Assembly (NCBI GenBank): GCA_934190785.1
Contig: CAKPTA010000002.1
Coordinates: 146,269 to 210,268, forward strand
DNA length: 64,000 bases
Source of the DNA: an uncultured Bacilli bacterium
Lineage (GTDB): Bacteria > Bacillota_I > Bacilli_A > RF39 > UBA660
Direction of reading: 5' to 3'
The notes below the pieces were generated by a model, which did no database searches, had not been told where the DNA came from, and saw nothing but the letters and a program-made list of their open reading frames with translations. This document shows, piece after piece, positions 1 through 10,329 of this stretch. Numbering within the stretch: position 1 is the stretch's first letter; every line of letters begins with the position of its first letter. The translations under genes and the position numbers were made by a program.

Positions 1-2
1 TA

Positions 3-263
3 TATGATTATGAAGAATTAAAATATAATTTTTATGAAGAAGTAGAGACAATTGAAAAATTGTTAAATGAAATTTATAATAATAATGTTCATGCTGTAGC
101 AGTTACCTTAGAAGAATGGAATACAATCAAAGAATCTTTTAACAAACAGTTAAAAATATATAAATATATAGAAGAACCAGATGATATAATGTCATTTTTA
201 CACAAATCAAAGAATAGTAATAAAATCGAAGATTCTTTTGAATATTTAATTCAATATAATTAA
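3..263 (+). CDS. C-terminal end of a CDS entering from upstream; likely DNA polymerase III tau/gamma subunit (dnaX) C-terminus
   Basis: The frame is open from position 3 with no stop before 263. Assignment is by position only: the conserved dnaX-ybaB-recR order puts dnaX immediately upstream of ybaB/recR. No diagnostic motif falls in this C-terminal fragment. Confidence 0.35.
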   Translation, partial: YDYEELKYNFYEEVETIEKLLNEIYNNNVHAVAVTLEEWNTIKESFNKQLKIYKYIEEPDDIMSFLHKSKNSNKIEDSFEYLIQYN

Positions 264-287
264 ATTAAAAGAAAAGAGGAATAGAAA

Positions 288-584
288 ATGAATATACAAG
301 CAATGATGAAGCAAGCTCAAAAATTACAAAAGGATATGATGACATCAAAAAAAGAAATTGATAAAACACTATATACTGGAAAATCAGAAATGGTTACAGT
401 TGAAATGTATGGTAATAAGCAAATATCAAAAATTAAGTTGAATATAGAAGATATCGACAAAGATGATGTTGAAATTCTAGAAGATATGATAGTTATAGCT
501 GTAAATGATGCAATGAAAAAAATAGATGATGATACAGAAAAAAAATTAGGTAAATATACACAAGGAATGCCAGGACTATTTTAA
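288..584 (+). CDS. ybaB: YbaB/EbfC family nucleoid-associated DNA-binding protein
   Basis: 98 aa. N-terminus MNIQAMMKQAQKLQKDM and C-terminal GMPGLF are typical of YbaB. Sits upstream of recR with 1-nt overlap. RBS AAGAGGAA. Confidence 0.85.
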   Translation: MNIQAMMKQAQKLQKDMMTSKKEIDKTLYTGKSEMVTVEMYGNKQISKIKLNIEDIDKDDVEILEDMIVIAVNDAMKKIDDDTEKKLGKYTQGMPGLF

Positions 585-1180
585 TGAAATATCCAAATTC
601 AATAGTTAATTTAATTGAATCATTTAAAAAGTTACCAGGAATAGGTGAAAAAACAGCAGAGAGATTAGCTTTGTCAATTCTTAAACAAGATAAACAATCT
701 GTAGAAATGTTTTCACAAGCTTTAATTGATGTTAATACTAAAATTAGAAGGTGTATATGTTGTAATAATTTATCAGACGAAGAATTGTGTTCAATATGCA
801 AAGATACTTCACGTGATAATAATACAATATGTGTTGTTGAAGATCCTAAAAATATAATTTTATTTGAAAAAACAGGATCATATAATGGTAAATACCATGT
901 TTTAGATGGATTAATTTCTCCATTAGATGGGGTTGGCCCTGATGATTTAAAGTTAAATCAGTTAATTGATAGAATAGAAAAAGAAAAAATTAAAGAAATT
1001 ATTATTGCCTTAAAACCAAGTATTGAAGGTGAAACTACAGCTTTGTATATATCAAAATTATTAGAAGGTTATCATATAAAAATAACTAAATTGGCATATG
1101 GAATTCCACTTGGTATAGATATGGAATATGTTGATACCATGACACTAGAAATGGCACTTATTAATAGAAAAGATATGTAA
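584..1180 (+). CDS. recR: recombination protein RecR
   Basis: 198 aa. N-terminal HhH (LPGIGEKTAERLA), C4 zinc finger CICCNNLSDEELCSIC and a Toprim-like C-terminal region. Confidence 0.9.
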   Translation: MKYPNSIVNLIESFKKLPGIGEKTAERLALSILKQDKQSVEMFSQALIDVNTKIRRCICCNNLSDEELCSICKDTSRDNNTICVVEDPKNIILFEKTGSYNGKYHVLDGLISPLDGVGPDDLKLNQLIDRIEKEKIKEIIIALKPSIEGETTALYISKLLEGYHIKITKLAYGIPLGIDMEYVDTMTLEMALINRKDM

Positions 1181-1219
1181 TTATTTAAATTTTTAGACAT
1201 ACGATTTAATGGTGATTAT

Positions 1220-1408
1220 ATGTTTAAGAAAATTTTAAAAATTTTAAAAAAAATAATTTTTTATTCTTTTTTATTATATGGATATAATGTTTTAATCGAA
1301 CCAATTGGAGTTATCATACCAATTAATGTAATTACAGTTGGAATTTTGTCAATTTTGGGAATACCAGCTTTATTTTCGTTTATATTAATTTATGTTATAA
1401 TGTTTTAG
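1220..1408 (+). CDS. bofA: BofA-like small integral membrane protein (pro-sigma-K processing inhibitor family)
   Basis: 62 aa with two TM segments. PINVITVGILSILGIPALF resembles the B. subtilis BofA segment PINLVTTAISGILGIPG. Position after recR matches Bacillus order. Confidence 0.5.
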   Translation: MFKKILKILKKIIFYSFLLYGYNVLIEPIGVIIPINVITVGILSILGIPALFSFILIYVIMF

Positions 1409-1417
1409 GAGGAAAGA

Positions 1418-2389
1418 ATGTTAGATAGTTATAAAGATAAGTGGCCAATTGTTTATAAAATTTTATCTTCTAGCATCAAAGAAAATAAAATATCACATTC
1501 TTATTTGTTTGAGTCAAATGATTCTAAGGAAGCATTAAATCTCGCAATAGAATTTTCTAAATCAATTTTATGCCCTTATTTTTATTTAAATTACAATAAT
1601 TGTGTAAATTGTACGCAATGTAAAAAAATAACTGAAAATGAATTTTCAGAACTGTTAATAATAGAACCGGATGGTTTATGGATAAAAAAAGAACAAACTG
1701 ATTATATTCAACATTTATTTGAAACAAAAAGTGTTGAAAGTAAATATAGGGTTTATATTATTAATCATGCAGAAAAAATGAATTTGTCAGCAGCTAATTC
1801 AATTTTAAAATTTTTAGAAGAACCAGAAGAGGGAATCATTGCTATACTTATTACAAATAATAGATATGAACTCTTGGATACAATTCGTTCAAGGTGCCAA
1901 ATTATAACTTTAAATAATAGAAATGGTAATGAAATATCACCTTTAGTTAAAATAAAAAATAGTATTAATTCTATTAGTGTAGATGAAATGACAGAGGAAG
2001 AATTAAATGCCAAAATAACTGATGCTATTAATTTTATAAATTATTATGAAAAAAATGGATTGGATACGCTTTTGTATACAGATAAATTATTTCATAGTAT
2101 TTTTAATACAAGAGATTTAGTTATATTTGCTTTTGATATATGGATATTATATTATCGTGATATACTTGCAATTATAAATGGTGTTTCAAATATAATTTTT
2201 GAAAATAGTATTGATGACATCAAAAATATTATAAAAAATAATTCAGTAAAGAAAATAATGAAAAAAATAAAAATTATAATGAGTTTAAAAAAGAATATTC
2301 AATATAATGTAAATATAAATTTATTAATGGACAAGTTAGTTATTGATCTAGAAAAGAGTGATATGTATGAAGAAGGTAGTTGGAGTTGA
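1418..2389 (+). CDS. holB: DNA polymerase III delta-prime subunit (HolB)-like AAA+ clamp-loader subunit
   Basis: 323 aa. N-terminal ISHSYLFESNDSKEALNLAIEF has the HolB-type degenerate P-loop; cysteine cluster follows. Synteny holB-yaaT as in Bacillus. Confidence 0.65.
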   Translation: MLDSYKDKWPIVYKILSSSIKENKISHSYLFESNDSKEALNLAIEFSKSILCPYFYLNYNNCVNCTQCKKITENEFSELLIIEPDGLWIKKEQTDYIQHLFETKSVESKYRVYIINHAEKMNLSAANSILKFLEEPEEGIIAILITNNRYELLDTIRSRCQIITLNNRNGNEISPLVKIKNSINSISVDEMTEEELNAKITDAINFINYYEKNGLDTLLYTDKLFHSIFNTRDLVIFAFDIWILYYRDILAIINGVSNIIFENSIDDIKNIIKNNSVKKIMKKIKIIMSLKKNIQYNVNINLLMDKLVIDLEKSDMYEEGSWS

Positions 2390-3146
2390 ACGTGTTGGAA
2401 ATAATTCAATAGCATATTATTATACAAATAATTTAAATTTGAAAAAAAATGTTACTATAATCTTAGAAGAAGGAAAATGTAAATACTTTGGAAAAGTTGT
2501 TACAGATGTGCACTCTCTTGATGAAACTAAACTTAATAAAAACTTGGGAACTGTTCTTAGAATTGCGTCAAAAAAAGATTATTTAAAAAATAAAGAAAAT
2601 ATAAAAGATGCATCATTAGCTTTAAAGAAATGTAAAAAATTGATTCAAAAGTATAATTTAGAAATGAATTTGTTAGATGCATATTTTACTTTTGATAGGG
2701 ATCAATTAATTTTTAGATTTTTTTCAGATAAAAGAATAGATTTTAGAGATTTGGCAAAAGATTTAGCATCTATATATAAAGTTAGAATTGAGCTACGCCA
2801 AATTGGTGTTAGAGATAAGGCAAAAGAAATTGGTGGCATCGGTTCATGTGGACAAGAATTATGTTGTCATAGATATTTAAAAGAATTTGATTCTGTTTCA
2901 ATTTCTATGGCTAAAAATCAAAATTTAGCTTTGAGTCCTAATAAAATCAATGGTCTTTGCGGAAGATTATTATGTTGTTTAAAATATGAGAACGAATGTT
3001 ATAAAACTTGTAAAAAAGGTTTACCAAAGATTGGTGATATAGTAGAAGTTGATGAAAAAAACGGAACAGTTATTGATGTTAATATATTAGCGCGTAGTTA
3101 TACTGTAGATATACCTTTAGTCGGAAAAGTAGAGGTAAAGATGTAA
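2367..3146 (+). CDS. ricT: PSP1 domain protein YaaT/RicT (stage 0 sporulation / RNase Y regulator complex)
   Basis: VVGVERVGN near the N-terminus. Cysteine motifs GSCGQELCCHRYL and GLCGRLLCCLKYE are typical of the PSP1 C-terminal domain. The start could instead be 2358. Confidence 0.75.
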   Translation: MKKVVGVERVGNNSIAYYYTNNLNLKKNVTIILEEGKCKYFGKVVTDVHSLDETKLNKNLGTVLRIASKKDYLKNKENIKDASLALKKCKKLIQKYNLEMNLLDAYFTFDRDQLIFRFFSDKRIDFRDLAKDLASIYKVRIELRQIGVRDKAKEIGGIGSCGQELCCHRYLKEFDSVSISMAKNQNLALSPNKINGLCGRLLCCLKYENECYKTCKKGLPKIGDIVEVDEKNGTVIDVNILARSYTVDIPLVGKVEVKM

Positions 3147-3868
3147 TGGAGGTACTAAATTATTTGCTTGGATATAATAATTTAAAAATATATCAAGATA
3201 CAAATATGTTTAATTTTTCACTTGATTCAGTGTTACTTCCAAACTTTGTTTCACTTAATGCAAAATGTAAGAAAATATTAGATATTGGTACAGGAAATGC
3301 AGTTATTCCAATAATTCTATCGACAAAAACACAGGCTCATATTGATGGCGTAGAAATACAAGAAAAAGTATACAAACTTGCTCAAAAATCTATCTTATAC
3401 AATCATTTAGATAAACAGATTAGTCTATATAATGAAGATATAAAAGAATATAAAAATAGAGTGGAAAGTGATCAATATGATGTTATTACATGTAATCCAC
3501 CTTTTTTTAAAGTACAAGAATTATCAAGGAAAAATGATAGTGAATATAAAGTTATAGCAAGACATGAAGTTAAACTAAATTTAGATGAAATTTTTACAGT
3601 ATGTAAGAAATTATTAAAAAATAATGGTGTAGTAGCTATGGTACATCGTCCGGAAAGATTAGTTGAAATATTGGATACAATGAAAAAATATAATATACAA
3701 CCTAAAAAGATACAATTCATTTATCCAAAACCAGATATGGCTGCTAATATATTATTAATTGAAGGTAGTAAAAATGGAAAACCAGGAATAAAGATATTAC
3801 CACCTATTTATACACATGAAGAAAATGGAGAATATACAGAACAAATAAAAAAATATTTTATTAATTAG
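3146..3868 (+). CDS. class I SAM-dependent methyltransferase, tRNA1(Val) m6A37 methyltransferase (YabB/TrmN6)-like
   Basis: Motif I DIGTGNAVIPIIL and N6-MTase motif CNPPFF. Position between yaaT and rsmI matches Bacillus yabB. Confidence 0.65.
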   Translation: MEVLNYLLGYNNLKIYQDTNMFNFSLDSVLLPNFVSLNAKCKKILDIGTGNAVIPIILSTKTQAHIDGVEIQEKVYKLAQKSILYNHLDKQISLYNEDIKEYKNRVESDQYDVITCNPPFFKVQELSRKNDSEYKVIARHEVKLNLDEIFTVCKKLLKNNGVVAMVHRPERLVEILDTMKKYNIQPKKIQFIYPKPDMAANILLIEGSKNGKPGIKILPPIYTHEENGEYTEQIKKYFIN

Positions 3869-3879
3869 GAGGATGTAAT

Positions 3880-4719
3880 ATGTCACAAAAAAGTTATGAT
3901 GGTACACCTACAGTTTATTTGATACCAACACCGATTGGTAATCTTGATGATATAACATTGAGAAGTATAAAAGTATTAAAATCAGTGGAAGTTATATTTA
4001 GTGAGGATACAAGGGTTACTGCTTTATTGTTGAAACACTTAGATATTTCAAAAAAATTAATTTCTAGTCATAAATTTAATGAATCGGAAAATAAAAATAA
4101 ATTAATTGAATATTTAAAAAACGGATATGATGTTGGAATTGTTAGTGATAGAGGAACACCAGTTATAAGTGATCCTGGATATGAGCTTGCTAAGTTTGCG
4201 ATAATTAATAATTATAATGTGGTAGGGTTACCTGGAGCAACTGCACTCATTCCAGCTTTAATAATGTCTGGAATTAATCCTATGCCTTTTTTATTTTATG
4301 GTTTTTTAGATCATAAAGAAGGAAAGAGAAAAAAAGAATTGCAAAGTCTGAATAGTTTATCTTATACTTTGATTTTTTATGAAGCTCCACATCGTCTTGA
4401 AAAAACATTAAACAATATGTTAGAAATATTGGGAAATAGAAGCATTTCAATTTCCCGGGAAATAAGTAAGAAGTATGAAGAAGTTTATCGTGGAACAATT
4501 TCTGAAGTTATTGAACAAACAGTTGACATAAAAGGTGAATTAGTTATCATTGTTGAACCTAATTTAGAACAAAAAAGCTATGATAACTTGACACTTATTG
4601 AACATATTAATTTATATCTTAAAGAAGGATATACAGTTAAAGATGCAATAAAAACAGTAGCACATGAAAGAGGATTGTCTAAAAATGAAGTTTATATGGA
4701 ATATCATAAGGGGGAATAA
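3880..4719 (+). CDS. rsmI: 16S rRNA (cytidine1402-2'-O)-methyltransferase RsmI (tetrapyrrole-methylase fold)
   Basis: VYLIPTPIGNLDDITLRSIKVLKSVEVIFSEDTR is the RsmI signature. 279 aa. Confidence 0.85.
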   Translation: MSQKSYDGTPTVYLIPTPIGNLDDITLRSIKVLKSVEVIFSEDTRVTALLLKHLDISKKLISSHKFNESENKNKLIEYLKNGYDVGIVSDRGTPVISDPGYELAKFAIINNYNVVGLPGATALIPALIMSGINPMPFLFYGFLDHKEGKRKKELQSLNSLSYTLIFYEAPHRLEKTLNNMLEILGNRSISISREISKKYEEVYRGTISEVIEQTVDIKGELVIIVEPNLEQKSYDNLTLIEHINLYLKEGYTVKDAIKTVAHERGLSKNEVYMEYHKGE

Positions 4720-4721
4720 TT

Positions 4722-5288
4722 ATGAAATTAATTGTTGGTTTGGGAAATATAGGAAATATTTATAATAACACTAGACACAATGTTGGATTTATGGCGATTG
4801 ATAAATTATGTAATTACTATGGCATAAAACTTGATCGTCATAAATTTAATGGTAATTATGGTGAAGGCATAATTAATGGTATTAAAGTAATGTTATTAAA
4901 ACCAGAAAAGTATATGAATTTATCTGGAGAAGTAGTTGCTGAGTATGTTAAGTTTTTTAAAATATCTATTGATGATATTTTAATAATTAACGATGATTTA
5001 GACTTACCTCTTGGTAGATATAAAATAAAATATAAAGGTAGTTCAGGTGGACATAATGGGTTAAAAAATATTGAACTGCATTTAAATACAAAAGAGTATA
5101 AACGTATTAAAATAGGAATTTCCAATAATAAATCAATTGATACAAAAGATTATGTTTTAGGTAAATTTAGTCAAGATGAATTAAATATATTAAATAAGAT
5201 ATTTGATAATATTCCAAATATTATTGGTGATTATGTAATCCATGATTTTGATTTTGTAATGAATAGATATAATAGAAATGATACTTAG
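4722..5288 (+). CDS. pth: peptidyl-tRNA hydrolase
   Basis: MKLIVGLGNIGNIYNNTRHNVGF plus the later HNG motif. 188 aa. Upstream of mfd as in Bacillus. Confidence 0.9.
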   Translation: MKLIVGLGNIGNIYNNTRHNVGFMAIDKLCNYYGIKLDRHKFNGNYGEGIINGIKVMLLKPEKYMNLSGEVVAEYVKFFKISIDDILIINDDLDLPLGRYKIKYKGSSGGHNGLKNIELHLNTKEYKRIKIGISNNKSIDTKDYVLGKFSQDELNILNKIFDNIPNIIGDYVIHDFDFVMNRYNRNDT

Positions 5289-5315
5289 TATCATTTTTAG
5301 TGTTTGGAGGAATAT

Positions 5316-8300
5316 ATGAGTATTTTTGATAAATTAATAGATATAACATCAGATTCTAGGATAATCGGGTTGACAAAAGAATTAAAATCGATGTACATTT
5401 CTAAATTATTTTCAACAGATAAAAAATCAATTTTAGTTGTAAATAACTCTTTATATGAAGCAAATTTGATATATCAATCTCTACAAAACTATACTGATAA
5501 AGTTTTGTTTTTTCCAATGGATGATTTTTTAACAAGTGAAGCTATAGCTGCAAGTCCTGAATTATCAATAACAAGACTTGAAACTTTAAATACATTATTA
5601 AAAAAAGAAAACTATATAGTTGTTACAAATTTAATGGGTTATTTACGTTTCTTACCTAAAAAAAGTATTTATGAACAATCAATTTTATCATTAAAAATCA
5701 ATCACGAATATAATATGAATATAATTATACAAAAATTAAATGATCTCGGATACAGTCGAGAGCCGCTTGTTGAAAAAACAGGGGACTATGCTGTGAGAGG
5801 GTTTGTTATAGATGTTTTTCCTGTTGGTTGTGAAAATCCAATTCGTTTAGAGTATTTTGGTGATGAAATTCAATCAATAAGAACGTTTAATGTTGAAACA
5901 CAACGTACCATTCATGACATACAAAATACCGTTATTTATCCATATTATGAAAATATTATTAATTTAAATGATGAAAAAATGGTTAGCAATATTTCTGGTT
6001 ATTTAGATAATTATATTGTTGTTTATAATGAGTATAGTGAGATTAAACAAGGTTACTTATTGTTAGAGGAAGATATTTTAAATTATAAAAATGAACAAAA
6101 TATAGAATCATCAAAAAAATATATGTTTTCATTTGATGAATTAAGTGAGTCAGATGAAATATTCTTTGAAAAATATGATGAAAATATAAATAGTGTAGAT
6201 AATACAATAATATATAATTCATATCAATTAGATTCTTTTGAAAGTACTATTATTTTAAAAAAGTATTTAAATCAAAATATAAAATCACATAAAACAATTG
6301 TTATTTGTTTATCCAATAGATATAGTTTAAATAAAGTAGAAGACTATTTAAAAAATGAAAAAATTATTATTACAAATGAAAATGAAATATATGAAAATTA
6401 TATAAATTTAATTGTTAAAAATATATCAGAAGGATTTAGTTTGAATAATTATATTTTTATATCAGAAAGAGAATTATTTAATCGAAATTCTAATTCACAA
6501 AAATATAATTCAAAATTCAGATATGGTAAAAAAATTAGGGATATAAACAAATTAAATATTGGTGATTATATTGTTCATAATACTCATGGGATAGGTAAAT
6601 ATTTAGGATTAAGTGTACTGACAAAAAATGGCTTAAAAAAAGACTATTTAGTTTTAGAGTATAAGGGTGGAGATAAGTTATATATTCCTGTTGAAAAAAT
6701 AGAATCTATTAGTAAGTATTCATCTAATGAAGGGCTAACACCACCATTAAATAAACTTGGTGGAACAGAATGGGCCAAAACCAAAATGCGAATTCAAAAG
6801 AAACTTGAAAATATGGCAGGTGAATTATTAGAATTATATGCATTAAGAGAAGCGAGTGTTGGATTTTCATTTTTACCAGATTCAAAAGAACAACTAGAAT
6901 TTGAGAAAGAATTTAAATATACTGAAACAGAAGATCAAATAAAAGCAATTAACGAAATCAAAAAAGATATGGAAGATGTTCATCCGATGGATAGATTATT
7001 ATGTGGAGACGTTGGGTTTGGTAAAACCGAAGTAGCATTTAGAGCAATGTTTAAAGCTATTATGTCTGGTAAGCAGGTAGCGTATCTTTGCCCTACAACA
7101 ATTCTATCATCTCAACATTATAACAGTGCTTTAGAGAGATTTAGTAGTTTTGCTGTTAATATTGGGTTATTAAACAGATTCACAACAGGACAAAAGTTAT
7201 CTAATTTAAAAGAAGGTATAAAGAATGGTGCAATAGATATTGTAATTGGTACGCATAGATTATTAAGTGAAGATATAAGCTTTAAAAACTTAGGATTATT
7301 AGTTATAGATGAAGAGCAAAGATTTGGCGTTAAACAAAAAGAACAAATTAAAAAGTATAAAAATAATATAGACATTTTAACTTTATCAGCAACACCAATA
7401 CCGCGAACACTTCAAATGTCAATGACTGGAATTCGTAGTTTATCATTAATAGAAACACCTCCATATAATAGATATCCTATTCAAACTTATGTTTTACAAC
7501 AAAATAAAGCGGTTATAAAGGATGCTATATATAAAGAGTTATCGAGAAATGGGCAAGTTTTTATTCTTTATAATCATGTTCAAGAAATGAATAGCAAAGC
7601 TATGGAAATATCTGCATTAGTACCAGATGCTAAAATAGTTTGTGCTCATGGCCGAATGACAAAAGCAGAACTTGAAAATACTATGATGGAGTTTATTCAA
7701 AAAAAATATGATATTTTATTATGTACAACAATTATAGAAACAGGAATTGATATACCAAATGTCAATACTTTGATAATTATGGATGCAGATAATTTTGGCC
7801 TTTCACAGTTATATCAAATTCGTGGTAGAGTAGGAAGAAGTGATAAGATTGCATATTGCTATCTTATGTATAAACAGGGTAAAGTTTTAACAGAAATAGC
7901 ACAAAAAAGATTGGATGTAATAAAAGAGTTTACACAACTTGGAAGTGGTTTTTCAATTGCTATGCGTGATTTATCAATAAGAGGTGCAGGGGATTTATTA
8001 GGAAGTGAACAAGCTGGCTTTATTGATTCTGTTGGTATAGAGCTTTATTTAAAAATGTTGAATGATGAAATAGCAAAATTACAAGGAAAAAATATCATTG
8101 AACCATCAACAAGTAACATGCCACTTGTTGATGTTGGAACTACAATATCAGATGATTATGTATCTGATGTTGATGTCAAGATAGAAATTCATAAAAAGAT
8201 TAATACAATTGATTCTCTTCAAAAATTAGAACAGGTAAAAGATGAATTAGAAGATAGATTTGGTAATGTTAGTGATTCAACATTGATATATATGCATGAA

Positions 8301-8573
8301 GAATTATTTGAAAAATATGCAGAAAGATTATCAATTACAAAAGTAAGACAAACTAAAAATTTTATAGAAGTATATTTGCCTTTTGATTTAGTTGAGAACT
8401 TAGATATTCAGAATTTATTTTTAGATGTGACAAATTTATCTAGAATGTTTAGATTTAGTACAAAACAAAAACAAGTTATTATAACCTTAGATATTGTGGG
8501 CATAGATAAACATTTTATATATTATTTAGTTGATTTAGCTAAAATTATAGAAAATAACAAAAAAAAGAAATAG
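5316..8573 (+). CDS. mfd: transcription-repair coupling factor Mfd
   Basis: About 1,085 aa. UvrB-homology N-terminus, superfamily-2 helicase motifs (LLCGDVGFGKTEVA, DEEQRFG), TRCF C-terminal domain. RBS GGAGG lies before the ATG at 5316. Confidence 0.9.
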   Translation: MSIFDKLIDITSDSRIIGLTKELKSMYISKLFSTDKKSILVVNNSLYEANLIYQSLQNYTDKVLFFPMDDFLTSEAIAASPELSITRLETLNTLLKKENYIVVTNLMGYLRFLPKKSIYEQSILSLKINHEYNMNIIIQKLNDLGYSREPLVEKTGDYAVRGFVIDVFPVGCENPIRLEYFGDEIQSIRTFNVETQRTIHDIQNTVIYPYYENIINLNDEKMVSNISGYLDNYIVVYNEYSEIKQGYLLLEEDILNYKNEQNIESSKKYMFSFDELSESDEIFFEKYDENINSVDNTIIYNSYQLDSFESTIILKKYLNQNIKSHKTIVICLSNRYSLNKVEDYLKNEKIIITNENEIYENYINLIVKNISEGFSLNNYIFISERELFNRNSNSQKYNSKFRYGKKIRDINKLNIGDYIVHNTHGIGKYLGLSVLTKNGLKKDYLVLEYKGGDKLYIPVEKIESISKYSSNEGLTPPLNKLGGTEWAKTKMRIQKKLENMAGELLELYALREASVGFSFLPDSKEQLEFEKEFKYTETEDQIKAINEIKKDMEDVHPMDRLLCGDVGFGKTEVAFRAMFKAIMSGKQVAYLCPTTILSSQHYNSALERFSSFAVNIGLLNRFTTGQKLSNLKEGIKNGAIDIVIGTHRLLSEDISFKNLGLLVIDEEQRFGVKQKEQIKKYKNNIDILTLSATPIPRTLQMSMTGIRSLSLIETPPYNRYPIQTYVLQQNKAVIKDAIYKELSRNGQVFILYNHVQEMNSKAMEISALVPDAKIVCAHGRMTKAELENTMMEFIQKKYDILLCTTIIETGIDIPNVNTLIIMDADNFGLSQLYQIRGRVGRSDKIAYCYLMYKQGKVLTEIAQKRLDVIKEFTQLGSGFSIAMRDLSIRGAGDLLGSEQAGFIDSVGIELYLKMLNDEIAKLQGKNIIEPSTSNMPLVDVGTTISDDYVSDVDVKIEIHKKINTIDSLQKLEQVKDELEDRFGNVSDSTLIYMHEELFEKYAERLSITKVRQTKNFIEVYLPFDLVENLDIQNLFLDVTNLSRMFRFSTKQKQVIITLDIVGIDKHFIYYLVDLAKIIENNKKKK

Positions 8574-8590
8574 TAAAAACTATTTCTTTT
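8563..8590. terminator. bidirectional rho-independent terminator shared by mfd (+) and the convergent pyrophosphatase gene (-)
   Basis: Stem GAAATAG / CTATTTC with loop TAAAAA. Flanked by an A-run upstream and a T-run downstream, so it works on both strands. Confidence 0.55.
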
Positions 8591-10238
8591 CTAATATATT
8601 CATAATTTTTGGAATAATTTGTTTTTTCCTAGATACACATCCATCAAGATAATATCCTTCGTAAAGATCTTTTATTTCAAAACAATTGTCTAAGATGTCC
8701 TTTGCTGATTCATTATATAGCATATATGAACCATTTTTAATAATATCTGTTGCAAAAAGAGCAACAATTGCGTAATCATTATTTGCAGCAATATCATTAA
8801 TTAGTTTAACATATTCGTCTTTGTCATTTAATATTTCATCAATGTTAAATGTTGTAATTTGTCCAACACCGACTTTTTTATCATCAATTGTGAAATTCTT
8901 AAAGTCTGTATATAAAATTTCTTCTTTTGTTTTACCTTTAAGTGAAGATCCTGCTTTTAGCATTTCCATTCCATAACTTTCAATATCAACTTCTGCAATA
9001 GTAGCTAAAGATTTAGCTATATCGATATCAATTTGTGTTGTAGTTGGAGATTTAAACAAAAGTGTGTCTGATATTATTCCAGATAACATTAAACCAGCAA
9101 TATTTTTAGGAATTTCAATTCCATTTTCCTTATATAACATATAAATAATTGTATTAGAACTTCCAATTGGCATATTACGGAATGAAATTGGCATGCTTGT
9201 TCCTATTGTTCCTATTTTATGGTGATCAATGATTTCTATAATTTCTGCTTCTTCTAGGCCGTCAGCACTTTGAACAGCTTCATTGTGATCAACAAGAATA
9301 ACTTTTCTTTTTTTTATGTCCGTTACATCTGATAAACGAATCAATCCAACGTATTCATTGTCGTCATTAATAACAGGATAATTACTATATTTATATTTTT
9401 TAGAAATATCAATGAAATCATTTATATCATCTTTCATGTTAATAGTTATAATTTCTTGTTTTGTCATAACACTACTTACATAATTTGCCATTCCAATTTT
9501 TCTAGAAGTTTTGAAAGTATCATCATTTGCATAAATAATATTTACTTTATTTTGTTTAGCAGCTTCTAAAAGTTCATTTGCTAATTCATTCTTACCTGTT
9601 AAAATTATCATTTTAACTTTTTTTTGTATAGCATGTTCAATTATGCTATATCTATCACCAACTATTAAAATAGATGAAGAATCTAAATCAACAGTTTCAA
9701 TGAACGTAGCACTTTTATAAGAAGCAATGAAAATATTTCCTATTATTTCGTCATCAAATTTTAATATTTCCTTAGCATTTAATGCTTTTACAATGTTTGT
9801 GTATGATGTACATAAATTTGATATATCACCACTTACAAGTCCTTTAGCAATGTCTTTTAAAGAAACGAGTCCAACTAATTTATTTTCTTTATTTACTATT
9901 GGTATGGCACCTATTTCTTCATTAGTCATTTTTATAAAACCATCATATATTGAATCTTTTTCACTAGCTGTATAATTTTTTAAAAAATCAATATCTTTAA
10001 TTTTGGTTTTAATGTCATTTAAATATCTTGGTGTGTCAACATTAAAATAGTCAAGTGCAAATTTTGTTTCATTGTTTGGATTACCAAGAACTCTTGCTTC
10101 TGCATTAATACCTAGTTTATTTTTTAGATATGCAACTGCAATTGATCCTGCAATACTATCTGTATCTGGTTTTTTATGTCCAAATACAAGAACTTTTTCT
10201 GAATTATTCATAAAACATCTCCTTTGATATAAACGCAT
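8580..10238 (-). CDS. ppaC: CBS-domain-containing family II (DHH/DHHA2) manganese-dependent inorganic pyrophosphatase
   Basis: 552 aa. N-terminal VLVFGHKKPDTDSIAGSIA is the DHH motif. Tandem CBS insert in the middle; C-terminal DHHA2 (GMEMLKAGSS...). Typical CBS-PPase architecture. Confidence 0.75.
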   Translation of the reverse strand: MRLYQRRCFMNNSEKVLVFGHKKPDTDSIAGSIAVAYLKNKLGINAEARVLGNPNNETKFALDYFNVDTPRYLNDIKTKIKDIDFLKNYTASEKDSIYDGFIKMTNEEIGAIPIVNKENKLVGLVSLKDIAKGLVSGDISNLCTSYTNIVKALNAKEILKFDDEIIGNIFIASYKSATFIETVDLDSSSILIVGDRYSIIEHAIQKKVKMIILTGKNELANELLEAAKQNKVNIIYANDDTFKTSRKIGMANYVSSVMTKQEIITINMKDDINDFIDISKKYKYSNYPVINDDNEYVGLIRLSDVTDIKKRKVILVDHNEAVQSADGLEEAEIIEIIDHHKIGTIGTSMPISFRNMPIGSSNTIIYMLYKENGIEIPKNIAGLMLSGIISDTLLFKSPTTTQIDIDIAKSLATIAEVDIESYGMEMLKAGSSLKGKTKEEILYTDFKNFTIDDKKVGVGQITTFNIDEILNDKDEYVKLINDIAANNDYAIVALFATDIIKNGSYMLYNESAKDILDNCFEIKDLYEGYYLDGCVSRKKQIIPKIMNILEKK

Positions 10239-10329
10239 TTATTATATCATAAATAAATTCAAAATTTAAAGGTAAATAAGTATATTTCATATAAAAATAA
10301 CCAAATTATTGATAGGAAGAGAGGTATAT

